A program made the position numbers and the translations under genes. A stretch of DNA of 64,000 nucleotides from Planctomycetota bacterium (lineage in GTDB: Bacteria; Planctomycetota; GCA-002687715; CAIWVZ01): contig JBGANV010000004.1 of the NCBI GenBank assembly GCA_044222185.1, positions 192,001 to 256,000 on the forward strand. Direction: 5' to 3'. Below are positions 47,443 to 56,174 of this stretch, one piece after another. Every line of letters starts with the position of its first letter. Position 1 is the first letter of the stretch. Below the pieces are notes generated by a model. It had not been told where the DNA came from, searched no databases, and saw nothing but the letters and a program-made list of their open reading frames with translations.

Positions 47443-48200
47443 CGTTCCTCATCGAGCCCGGCGCGACGCGGATCGGGTGTCTGCTGAACCCCGAGTCGCT
47501 CACGGTCCGCCGCCTCTCGGGAATCACCAAGCGCGAGACCGCGGGCGGGGCCATCGCGGGCCGTGGCCTGTCGGACGACGTCCTGCAGTTCACCGGCGGA
47601 GGCACGACGGAGATCGATCTCGCCCTTCTCTTCGACATCGGGCTCGCCGGGTCCACGATCGCATCGTGCGACGTTCGCGATCTCACGGCCCCTCTGTGGC
47701 AGCTGTCCGAAAACGCGTCGGAAGACGGCTCGTACGGCTGCCCGCCGACCGTGCGCTTCGTGTGGGGGAAGGGCTGGAACATCCCGGGTGTCATCGCTGC
47801 CGTCTCCGAGAGACTCGACGATTTCTCCGCCGACGGCATCCCGCGACGCTCGTGGCTTCGGCTGCGCCTCATCCGCGTCCCCGAGCCCGCGCCGCGAACG
47901 GCTGGCCTCGGCCAACCGCTGATCATTCCGCAGCTGCCGGACGTGCTCGAAGCGCAGCCGGCCGTGCCCGCCGACGATGCACCCGTCCACGAGGTTCTCG
48001 GTGGGACGGTCGAGTCCGAGGGCTCGGACGCGAACATCGTGCGGGGCGATCGCATCGACACGATCGCGTTCCGCTACTGCGGAGATCCGGCGGCGTGGCG
48101 GCTGATCGCCTACATGAACGACCTGGTCGATCCGCTGCGCATCGCTGCGGGCACGCTCCTCCGCTTGCCGCAGGCCCTCGCCGCGAGGGTGAAGTCGTGA
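47430..48200 (+). CDS. CIS tube-initiator protein with LysM-like C-terminus (Afp7/Pvc7-like)
   Basis: LNPESL, LLFD, PPTVRFVWG and GDRIDTIA...GDPAAWRLIA..N...DP motifs. Confidence 0.85.
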   Translation: MERVAFLIEPGATRIGCLLNPESLTVRRLSGITKRETAGGAIAGRGLSDDVLQFTGGGTTEIDLALLFDIGLAGSTIASCDVRDLTAPLWQLSENASEDGSYGCPPTVRFVWGKGWNIPGVIAAVSERLDDFSADGIPRRSWLRLRLIRVPEPAPRTAGLGQPLIIPQLPDVLEAQPAVPADDAPVHEVLGGTVESEGSDANIVRGDRIDTIAFRYCGDPAAWRLIAYMNDLVDPLRIAAGTLLRLPQALAARVKS

Positions 48201-49714
48201 CCGTCGCGCTGGAGCCCGTTCGCGCGGTCGTCGAGGTCGACGGTCGCGCGATCGGAGAGGCCGATGCGCGTGCGCTGACGCAGGTCACCGTGCACCAAAG
48301 CCTCAGCCTGCCCGCCGTGTGCGAGCTGGTCTTCGTCGATCCCACGGGAGACATGGCCCGTTTGGGTGTGCGCGCCGGTGCCACGCTGTCGGTTCGCACC
48401 GCGGACGTCGGCGCGGCGTTGTTCGTCGGCGAGGTCACCGGCGTGACCTTCTCGTTCGGCCCGACGGCGTCGCGGGAAGTGCGCGTTCGTGCTTACGACG
48501 CGCTGCACCGGATGCGGAAGTCGCAGCCCACGCGCGTCCACCTCGACGTGAACACCGCGGGGCTTGCGCGGGAGCTTGCGGGCTCCTCGGGGCTCACCGT
48601 CCAAGCAGACGACGTAGGCCCCACCTGGCCCCGCATCCTCCAATGGGAGATGTCGGACCTGGACCTGCTCACGGACGTCGCGGCCCACTCCGGTCTCCAC
48701 TTCGTCGCCGACGACGAGACGCTCACGCTCGTCACGGCCGAGGGTCGCGGTGAGGCCGTCGCACTCACGCTGGGCGAGGAGCTGATCGAGGCCACGCTCG
48801 ACGTGAATGGCGACCCGGCCTGCCGAACGGTTGGCGTCTTCGGGTGGAATTGCCTGCGGAACGAACCCCATCGCGCGTCTGCGTCGGAGGCGCCCGTGGG
48901 ACATTCCATCGACCTCGCGTTCCGCCCCGATCTGATCGACGTCGATGGCGAACGGCGACTGGCGAACGTCTTCGTCACGGACGACGATCAGGCGCAGGCG
49001 GCCGCGAAGGCCGAGCTGTCGGCTCGCATCGCGCGCGAGGTGACCGTCACAGGCGCGGCACGCGGTGACGCGAAGCTCAGACCAGCGGCCAAGGTAGATC
49101 TGCGGGGGCTGGGAGAGTTCCTCGACGGCACCCACGTCGTGACGGCCGCGACCCACAGGATCCGCGCCCAGACGGGCTACGTGACCGAGTTCTCGACGAT
49201 GCCGCCCGCACCCCGTTCACGGTGCGTCGAGCCGATCCTCACCGTGGGCGTGGTCGCAAGCGTCCTCGATCCGGAACGGCTCGGGCGCGTGCAGGTGAAC
49301 CTGCCTGCGCTCGGTGACCTCGCGTCCGATTGGATGCAGGTCGTTCTGCCGGCGGCGGGCGATCGCAAGGGCCTCATCGCCGTGCCCGACGTCGGCGATC
49401 ACGTGCTCGTGGCGTTCGCGCGCGACGTGCTGGCGCAGGGGTTCGTCCTCGGCGGGCTGTTCGGCACCCGGGATCTGCCCGATGGCGCGCCTCGTGGAGG
49501 TTCGGTGCCCGTGTTCGCGTTCATGACCCCCGGTGGTCAGCGCGTTCGACTGGACGACGACGAAAAAAGCCTGCGCTTCGAGATCGCCGCGGGAAGCTTC
49601 GTGGAACTGAAGCCTGCAGCCGTGACGCTTCACGCGGCGGCCGATCTCCTGATCGAGGCACCGGGGCACGGGATCGTCATCAGGGGTCGCAAAGTCGACT
49701 TCAAGCAGAGCTGA
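48197..49714 (+). CDS. VgrG-like spike/hub (phage late control D + gp5 OB fold)
   Basis: Q..MSDLDLL, DPERLGRVQV, W..V...AG..KG...PDVGDHVLVAF and VLGGL motifs. Confidence 0.9.
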   Translation: MTVALEPVRAVVEVDGRAIGEADARALTQVTVHQSLSLPAVCELVFVDPTGDMARLGVRAGATLSVRTADVGAALFVGEVTGVTFSFGPTASREVRVRAYDALHRMRKSQPTRVHLDVNTAGLARELAGSSGLTVQADDVGPTWPRILQWEMSDLDLLTDVAAHSGLHFVADDETLTLVTAEGRGEAVALTLGEELIEATLDVNGDPACRTVGVFGWNCLRNEPHRASASEAPVGHSIDLAFRPDLIDVDGERRLANVFVTDDDQAQAAAKAELSARIAREVTVTGAARGDAKLRPAAKVDLRGLGEFLDGTHVVTAATHRIRAQTGYVTEFSTMPPAPRSRCVEPILTVGVVASVLDPERLGRVQVNLPALGDLASDWMQVVLPAAGDRKGLIAVPDVGDHVLVAFARDVLAQGFVLGGLFGTRDLPDGAPRGGSVPVFAFMTPGGQRVRLDDDEKSLRFEIAAGSFVELKPAAVTLHAAADLLIEAPGHGIVIRGRKVDFKQS

Positions 49715-49715
49715 C

Positions 49716-50063
49716 ATGCACTTTCTCACCGAGGATCTCGTGATCGTGTGCCAGCACCAGACGGGGCACGTGGACGTGCCGCCGTCGCAGGATTGGGTCA
49801 CGATCGAGTCGCGTCGGGTGATCATCGAGCCGGATCCGGAAGGGCGGCCCATCTCTGGGTGCCTGAACTTCAACCCGGCGGCCGGCATCCGCCCGTGCAA
49901 GACGACGCTGCCCGTGCGCGCCGGTTACTCCGAGTGGATCAAGATCGATGGACACCGCGTGTCCCTGGATTCGGTCGTCGGGTTCACGGATGGGACGCCG
50001 CCGCGCATCGTCGATTACATCGTTCGCGCACCGGGGCAGTGTCTCGTGTCGGAGATCCCGTGA
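49716..50063 (+). CDS. PAAR-like spike tip protein
   Basis: 115 aa directly after the spike gene. C-x-H...GC...PC is a potential Zn site. Confidence 0.65.
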   Translation: MHFLTEDLVIVCQHQTGHVDVPPSQDWVTIESRRVIIEPDPEGRPISGCLNFNPAAGIRPCKTTLPVRAGYSEWIKIDGHRVSLDSVVGFTDGTPPRIVDYIVRAPGQCLVSEIP

Positions 50064-50491
50064 GCGCCCCGCGTTGGAGAGGCTGGAGGTTCGAGCAACC
50101 AGCGATCGACATGCCCGACGAGGCGGCCGGGCTCTCCACCTCGGCGTCCGGCGGCATCGAGACGGTCGACGGTCACGCGGCCGTCCGCCAATCGCTGCTC
50201 ATGCTGCTGTCGACCACGCCGGGCGAGCGCGTCATGCGCCCTGATTACGGGTGCGACCTGCGGCGACTCGTGTTTTCGCCCAACGACGACACGACCGCGG
50301 GACTCGCGATCCACTACGTTCGACAGGCGGTCGCGCGATTCGAGCCGCGCGTCAAGGTTCTGCGGATCGACGCCGTGCGCGTCGAGTCCGAACCCGGCCG
50401 CCTCGACCTCGTGCTCGAGTATTGCCTCCGCTCGACGCTCGAGCGCAACACGCTGACGTTCAACATCGGCCTGTCCGGAGATCAGACGTGA
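50060..50491 (+). CDS. Baseplate wedge gp25/GPW family
   Basis: LSTTPGERVMRPDYGC and FEPRV motifs. Confidence 0.93.
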   Translation: MSAPRWRGWRFEQPAIDMPDEAAGLSTSASGGIETVDGHAAVRQSLLMLLSTTPGERVMRPDYGCDLRRLVFSPNDDTTAGLAIHYVRQAVARFEPRVKVLRIDAVRVESEPGRLDLVLEYCLRSTLERNTLTFNIGLSGDQT

Positions 50492-53067
50492 CGGCGTCCT
50501 TCGAATCACCGAACCTCGACGATCGCACGTTCCAGCAGTTGATGGACGAGGCGGTGGCCCGCGCGAAGCAGGCGTGCCCGTCGTGGACGGACTTCTCACC
50601 GGGCGACCCCGGTGTCACGTTGCTCGAGCTCTTTGCATTCCTCACGGAGACGCTGATCTATCGGCTAAATCGCGTGCCCGAGAAGGCGTACGTGGAGTTC
50701 CTCCGGCTGCTCGGCGTGCGACTCGCGCCTCCGTCTTCGGCCGCTGCCACGCTCGTGTTCTCGCGCGCCCGGGCCGGGGATCGGCCGCTCGTGATTCCGC
50801 GCGGAACCCGCGTGACGGTGTCGCGCACCGGCGCTGGAGCCGAGCCCCCCGTCTTCACCACGGATCGGGAGGTCTCGATCCCGGCGGGCGCCACCGACGT
50901 CAAGGTGAATGCGCATCACGCGGATCTCGTGGAAGGCGAGCTGCTCGGAACTTCGACCGGCGCGCCCGGCCAGACGTTCACGGTGAAGCGCGCGCCGATC
51001 ATCGCGCCCAGCGGAGATGAACTCGATTTCGTGCTCGGCGTCGAGGCGGCCGCAGGCGAACTCGTCGATCGAAAGAACGCGGTCTCGTTCGGCGAAAAGG
51101 CCTACGCGATCTGGCGCGAGGTGGAGAACTTCGGGTCCACGTCGCCCGACTCTCTGGCATTCGTGGTGGATCGCGCGACCGGGCGCGTGACTTTCGGTGC
51201 CGGCGTTCGCGGCGCACGCCCCGGGGAGACCGCCGTTCGAGGATTGGCGGCCATCCCGGCAGCGGGCCGACAGATTCGCTGCTGGTACCGCTGCGGCGGT
51301 GGCGTCGCCGGGAACGTGGCCGCGGGAATGCTGACGGTGCTGAAGGACCCCATCGCCGGCGTGACCGTCACGAACCCTGCACTGGCGACGGGCGGGCGCG
51401 CCGCGGAGACGCTGCAGAACGCGCTGGTGCGCGGCCCCCAGGAGTTCCGATCGCTGGAGCGCGCGGTCACCGCCGACGACTTCGAGCTGCTCGCCATCCG
51501 TTCGTCGGGAGCCGTGTCGCGCGCGAAGGCGTCGAATCTCGCGGATACGTGGGCGCACGCGGTGCCGGGGACCGTCGAGGTCGTCCTCGTGCCGGCCGTG
51601 CCCGCCGATGCGGCACCGCGCGGTGTCGTCACACGTGCGACGCTCGCGGAGCGCGAGACCGAAGGTGCCCGCGCCCGAATCCAGGAGGCGCTCGACGCGC
51701 GACGCACGCTGGGTACGAACTGCCGCGTGACCTGGGCCCGCTACAAGGCCGTCACCGTGACGGCGCGCGTCGTCATTCATCGAGAGGAGGACCCGGAGGC
51801 GATCCGTCGGACCCTGCTCGAGAGGCTCCACCGCGCCATCAACCCCGTCTCCACGTCCGCGGATCACCAGGGGTGGCGCTTCGGCCAGCCGCTTCGCGTG
51901 TCCACGGTCTACGACCTGGCGCTTTCGGAGCCGGGAGTGAAGTTCGCCGACGGTGTCGCGCTCGTCGTCGACGAGGTCCCTGCGGGCGCCGTCACGTGCC
52001 TCGCGCGAGACGGCCACCAGCCGCGGACGTGTTTCGCGACGGCGGGCGACTCGCTCTTCCGGACCGGAAACGACGCGGACGGCTGGGAGCGCGTGGGGCG
52101 GTTCGACGGCGAGACGGTCAACGTGGTCGAGACGCACGAGGGCATGGCGGGCGTGGTCGGGTGTGCAACGTCACTCGGCGACGCGGACGGCAGCTCGCGG
52201 ATCCGCGTCTCGACGGACTGCGGCGAGACCTGGCGCGTGGCGGCGCAGTTCGCGTTTCCGGTCAACGATCTCGCGTGGATGACGCGGGACCAGGTCCCCG
52301 TGCTTCTCATGGCGACCGAGAAGGGGCTTTACGAGATCGCACTCAAGGACGGCGCGACGCCGCTTCAGATACTCGTCGTCGACAGCGCGCAAGACCTGGG
52401 CATGACTGCCGTCGCGGTGGCCGTCGACCCACGCGGTGCCGTCACCGTCGCGGTCGCTGCCCGGCAGACGCGGGGCGTCTTCATCTCCGGGCGAGGCGGG
52501 GAGCCCAAGTCGTTCCGCCCCGCACCCGGGCTCGAGGGGGCGGACATCGCCGCACTCGAGGTGCAACGCGACGGCCCGCGCTCGTTCCTCTGGGCCGGGT
52601 TCTCCGCCGAGATGGGCGAAGAGGGGCGCGGCTGCTCGCGGCGCGAGATTCGCGCATCCGAGGATGCACCAGCGACGTGGGAACCAGTGGCCAAGGGATG
52701 GAGCGGCGGGAGCTGCAACGCGCTGGCGTTCCTCCCCGATGCCGTCGTTGCGGCCACGCGGCGCGCGGGCGTGCTGCGACTGCCGGCCGGACCGGGAGGC
52801 GGCGCCTGGGAACCGTGCGACATCAACTGCGGGCTTCCACTGCGCGACAAGTCCCGCCTTCACCCGGTGGACGCCGTCGCGGCGAGCCCAGCGGGCGTCG
52901 TCCTCGCTGGCGGTCCCGTCGGTGTCTTTCGGACCCAGGACGGCGGAAAGAGCTGGGTCGCGCGGTCGACCCGAGAACACACGGATCGGGTGACGATCCC
53001 CGAGAACTGGCTCTTCTGCAGCGGCGATCACACGCTGACAGTCGTCAGCGAGGACGCGGCGACGTGA
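50488..53067 (+). CDS. Baseplate J-like protein with C-terminal BNR/Asp-box beta-propeller
   Basis: PNLDDRTF, WTD.SPGDPGVTLLELFA, GNV.AG and RAVTADDFE motifs. The last third carries STDCGETW and TQDGGKSW. Confidence 0.9.
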   Translation: MTASFESPNLDDRTFQQLMDEAVARAKQACPSWTDFSPGDPGVTLLELFAFLTETLIYRLNRVPEKAYVEFLRLLGVRLAPPSSAAATLVFSRARAGDRPLVIPRGTRVTVSRTGAGAEPPVFTTDREVSIPAGATDVKVNAHHADLVEGELLGTSTGAPGQTFTVKRAPIIAPSGDELDFVLGVEAAAGELVDRKNAVSFGEKAYAIWREVENFGSTSPDSLAFVVDRATGRVTFGAGVRGARPGETAVRGLAAIPAAGRQIRCWYRCGGGVAGNVAAGMLTVLKDPIAGVTVTNPALATGGRAAETLQNALVRGPQEFRSLERAVTADDFELLAIRSSGAVSRAKASNLADTWAHAVPGTVEVVLVPAVPADAAPRGVVTRATLAERETEGARARIQEALDARRTLGTNCRVTWARYKAVTVTARVVIHREEDPEAIRRTLLERLHRAINPVSTSADHQGWRFGQPLRVSTVYDLALSEPGVKFADGVALVVDEVPAGAVTCLARDGHQPRTCFATAGDSLFRTGNDADGWERVGRFDGETVNVVETHEGMAGVVGCATSLGDADGSSRIRVSTDCGETWRVAAQFAFPVNDLAWMTRDQVPVLLMATEKGLYEIALKDGATPLQILVVDSAQDLGMTAVAVAVDPRGAVTVAVAARQTRGVFISGRGGEPKSFRPAPGLEGADIAALEVQRDGPRSFLWAGFSAEMGEEGRGCSRREIRASEDAPATWEPVAKGWSGGSCNALAFLPDAVVAATRRAGVLRLPAGPGGGAWEPCDINCGLPLRDKSRLHPVDAVAASPAGVVLAGGPVGVFRTQDGGKSWVARSTREHTDRVTIPENWLFCSGDHTLTVVSEDAAT

Positions 53068-53077
53068 TGGTGATCGA

Positions 53078-53638
53078 ATGAAGACGGACGACATCATCCT
53101 CCTGCTGCCGGCGGTGTATCAGCGCGCACTCGCGCCGGGTTCGCCGCTGCGAGCCGTGCTCTCCGTGATGCAGGGGCTCCACGAGCCCGTCGAGGCATCG
53201 CTCGCGACGCTCGACGCCGACTTCGATCCGCTCAGGGCGCCGCCGGCGTTCCTGCCGTTCCTCGCGCGATGGCTCGACCTCACGCGGCTGTTCGACGACC
53301 CCGATCGGGGGAGCGACGCCGAAAGACGGTCCATCCAACGACGACGCATGGCTTCCGTTGGAGACGGCCCGCTGCGCACGCTGATTGCGGCCGGCGCCGA
53401 GCTCAGTCGCCGACGGGGCACGCCGGCGGGGCTGATTCGCTGCCTCGAACTCGCGACCGGAGTCCGCGGATTCCGCCTCGACGAGGGGCCGGCCGATGCT
53501 CTCGGTCGTCCCCGCCCCTTCCATTTCCGGGTCCGCGCGCCGCTCGAGTCACGGCGCCATCAGGTCCTCATCGAACGAATCATCACATCGGAGAAGCCGG
53601 CTCACGTCACTCACGAGTTGGCGTTCGAGACGCGCTGA
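53078..53638 (+). CDS. Phage tail protein I-like baseplate protein
   Basis: LPAVYQ, FDP..AP..FLPFLARW, RGT..GL and EKPAH motifs. Confidence 0.88.
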   Translation: MKTDDIILLLPAVYQRALAPGSPLRAVLSVMQGLHEPVEASLATLDADFDPLRAPPAFLPFLARWLDLTRLFDDPDRGSDAERRSIQRRRMASVGDGPLRTLIAAGAELSRRRGTPAGLIRCLELATGVRGFRLDEGPADALGRPRPFHFRVRAPLESRRHQVLIERIITSEKPAHVTHELAFETR

Positions 53639-53652
53639 ACAGGAGCAGAGCC

Positions 53653-55200
53653 ATGCCGAGCCCATTTGCCATCACACCGTCGGCCGACACCGTCGCGATC
53701 GATGCGAATCGCAGGGGAGAAGTCGCGTTCACCGTGTCGAACACGTCGGCGGCCCCCGTGCGCAGCCGGGGGAAGGTCGTTGCCGGCGACCCGGCTCAAC
53801 AGGCCTGGTACTCGCTCGCGGGGAACCCGGAGCGCCCGCTCAAGCCCGGCGAGACCACGCAGTACGTCGTCCGCGTCGCGTTGCCGCAGACGGCGACGGA
53901 GGGCACGTACCAGTTCCGCCTGGATGCCGTCTCCGTCGAGAACCCCGACGAGATGTTCACCACGGGGCAGCCCGTCGGGTTCACGTTCAAACCGCCCGCG
54001 GAGCCGCCCAAGAAGCCGTTCCCCTGGTGGATCCTCGCCGTCGTCGGCGGAGCGCTGCTCATCATCGGCGTCGTCCTCTTCTTCGTTCTACGGAACACGG
54101 ACGTCACGGTCCCCGATCTGAAGAACATGACGTACGAGGAGGCCGTGGACGCGTTGACGCAGGCCGGGCTCGAAGCGGAGGAGATCCAGGTCGTGGCCGG
54201 CGGACCGGAGAACAAGGTCAGCGGGCAGGACCCCGCGCCGGATACGCAGGTCCCGAAGAACTCGGTGGTGAAGGTCACGCACGAAGCAGCCTTCGTCGAA
54301 GTGCCGGCACTCGTGCGCACGCAGATCGATGACGTGGCCGAGGCGCTCAAGGCGCGCAAGCTCGCGCAGGGCACGGTGGCCGAAGTGAAGCGTGACGTGA
54401 GCAAGGCCGGCCTGGTGCTCGAGCAGGATCCGGCGGCCGGCACGCGCGTTCCCGCGGGGACGGCCGTCGCCGTCGTCGCCGAAGCCCCGTTGCGCAAAGT
54501 CCCGACGGACCTCGTGGGAAAGAAGACCCGAGAAGTCGTCGAGAGGCTGAGCGCCGATTTCGAAGTGAAGGTCGGCGACCCGAAGCGCAGTGATCGGACG
54601 AAGGCCGGGCAGGTGCTCGCCTCCGACCCGCGCGGCGGCACCGTCCTGCAGCGCGGCGACGTCGTCAATCTGGACGTCGAGGCCGGGAATCTCACGCTCA
54701 TGAGCGTGGTGGGACTGGCCCCGGACAAGGCGATCGAAGAGCTCCGCACGAAGCAGGGGTTGAAGTCGAAGATCGGTGCGCCGGCGCTCTTGCCCGTGGG
54801 CGCGCCGGGCGTGGTGGGGAAGATCGGCTACACGAATCCACCACCAAACAGCGACGTCGCGGAGACGGACACGATCGAGATCATCCCCATCGGCGCCGAG
54901 GCGAAGATGCCCGACGGACTCATCGGCCTGGTGCGAGACCAGGCGGAGGCGGCCGTCACGCGTGCGCACCTGAAGCCTGTCGTGCGCCTGCAATTCGATC
55001 GGCTGAACAGCAACAAGGTGCTGCGGATCGATCCCGCCGCGAACACGCGCTTGCTGGCCGAGTCGCCAGTGACGATCTACGTCGGTTCGAGCCACGTCCG
55101 CTTCCCGCGCCCCGGCCTGGTCGATGCCGGCATGCTCACCGACGTCGTCATCCCGGTCGGCGGGACCGGCCCCGTTCGTCGCGCGACGGGCGGCCACTGA
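53653..55200 (+). CDS. Bitopic membrane protein: N-terminal Ig-like domain, TM helix, five PASTA repeats
   Basis: RBS AGGAG and no signal peptide. TM KKPFPWWILAVVGGALLIIGVVLFFVL. Five VP.L.G...A...L...V..QDP..G..V units. Confidence 0.85.
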   Translation: MPSPFAITPSADTVAIDANRRGEVAFTVSNTSAAPVRSRGKVVAGDPAQQAWYSLAGNPERPLKPGETTQYVVRVALPQTATEGTYQFRLDAVSVENPDEMFTTGQPVGFTFKPPAEPPKKPFPWWILAVVGGALLIIGVVLFFVLRNTDVTVPDLKNMTYEEAVDALTQAGLEAEEIQVVAGGPENKVSGQDPAPDTQVPKNSVVKVTHEAAFVEVPALVRTQIDDVAEALKARKLAQGTVAEVKRDVSKAGLVLEQDPAAGTRVPAGTAVAVVAEAPLRKVPTDLVGKKTREVVERLSADFEVKVGDPKRSDRTKAGQVLASDPRGGTVLQRGDVVNLDVEAGNLTLMSVVGLAPDKAIEELRTKQGLKSKIGAPALLPVGAPGVVGKIGYTNPPPNSDVAETDTIEIIPIGAEAKMPDGLIGLVRDQAEAAVTRAHLKPVVRLQFDRLNSNKVLRIDPAANTRLLAESPVTIYVGSSHVRFPRPGLVDAGMLTDVVIPVGGTGPVRRATGGH

Positions 55201-55204
55201 GGCG

Positions 55205-55678
55205 ATGTCCGGCACCCGCATCGCCATCGTCGTGCTCGTGCTGATCGCCATCTTCGTGGCGGTCGCGTTGTTCGTCGGCCTGGGGCGCGACGATGGCGGA
55301 ACGGCCGTCGAGACGAAGGCGTGGCAGAAACGGCTGAAGAGTTTCGTCTCCGATCAGCAGAAGCTGCCGCTCTCGGACGTGAAGGGCGTCGGCGTGGACG
55401 GCGATCGCATCGTGCTCACCGCGGCAATCCCTGCAACCACTCTCACGATCCGAGAGAGCGACCAGAACCTGCGGTCCGCCCGGCTGCGCCTCCTCAGCGG
55501 TACCCGCGTGAAGGTCGAGGTCGTTCCCAAGGGTGCCGATCGCCCGCGCGTGAAGGCCGAGTTGAAGAACGTCAACGACGCGCTCGCCCTCCAGGTGTTT
55601 CGCGAAGGCGCCACGCTCGCGATCCTCGGCGGCGGCGCGGGCGCGTCGACCATCCTGCGGATCGAGCCGGCGGAGTGA
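55205..55678 (+). CDS. N-terminally membrane-anchored hypothetical protein, likely co-transcribed with the CIS
   Basis: Starts 4 nt after the PASTA gene stop. One N-terminal TM followed by a beta-rich domain. Confidence 0.7.
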   Translation: MSGTRIAIVVLVLIAIFVAVALFVGLGRDDGGTAVETKAWQKRLKSFVSDQQKLPLSDVKGVGVDGDRIVLTAAIPATTLTIRESDQNLRSARLRLLSGTRVKVEVVPKGADRPRVKAELKNVNDALALQVFREGATLAILGGGAGASTILRIEPAE

Positions 55679-55784
55679 ACCCGCGTCGATCGGGGCGCGG
55701 CCGAGGCCGCATGTCGTGATCGACGGAGATCGTCTGGCGATGCCCCTGTTGCGAGTCCGTGGCTTCACGCAGTAGGCTTTGCCG

Positions 55785-56117
55785 ATGAACGAGCCGGGAG
55801 AACCGCCGACGTCCCCACCTCCACCCGTCGGGAAGGCGCCACGCCAGGAAGGCTGTCTCTGGGCGCTGATCTCGCCGTTGATCTTCCTCTTCCTCGGCTG
55901 TGCGGCCATCGGGTTGCCGCTCGCCGCCGTGTCCGGCCTCATCATCGGCCCGGCGTGCTTGTTGTGGGACAAGGAAATGACGGGCGAGGCGCCGGAGGAA
56001 CGTCACCGCACCGGATGGGTGATGCTCGCGATCGGCGTGATCTCCGCGCTCATCATCTACGTGGTGCGACTGCGCACGAAGCTCGCGTCGGCGACGAAAT
56101 CCATCGCCGCGAAGTAG
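55785..56117 (+). CDS. Small membrane protein
   Basis: Three hydrophobic segments. Confidence 0.55.
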   Translation: MNEPGEPPTSPPPPVGKAPRQEGCLWALISPLIFLFLGCAAIGLPLAAVSGLIIGPACLLWDKEMTGEAPEERHRTGWVMLAIGVISALIIYVVRLRTKLASATKSIAAK

Positions 56118-56174
56118 GGCCGGCATCCGTCCTCCGCGGGAGGTACGGGACGACCGGCCCGTCCGCCGCGTCGC

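Noticed and set aside
43780-55678. Prophage or canonical T6SS
   Set aside because: No capsid, portal, terminase, integrase or lysis genes, and no TssB/C, TssJLM or ClpV. Gene content and order fit the eCIS-like class.
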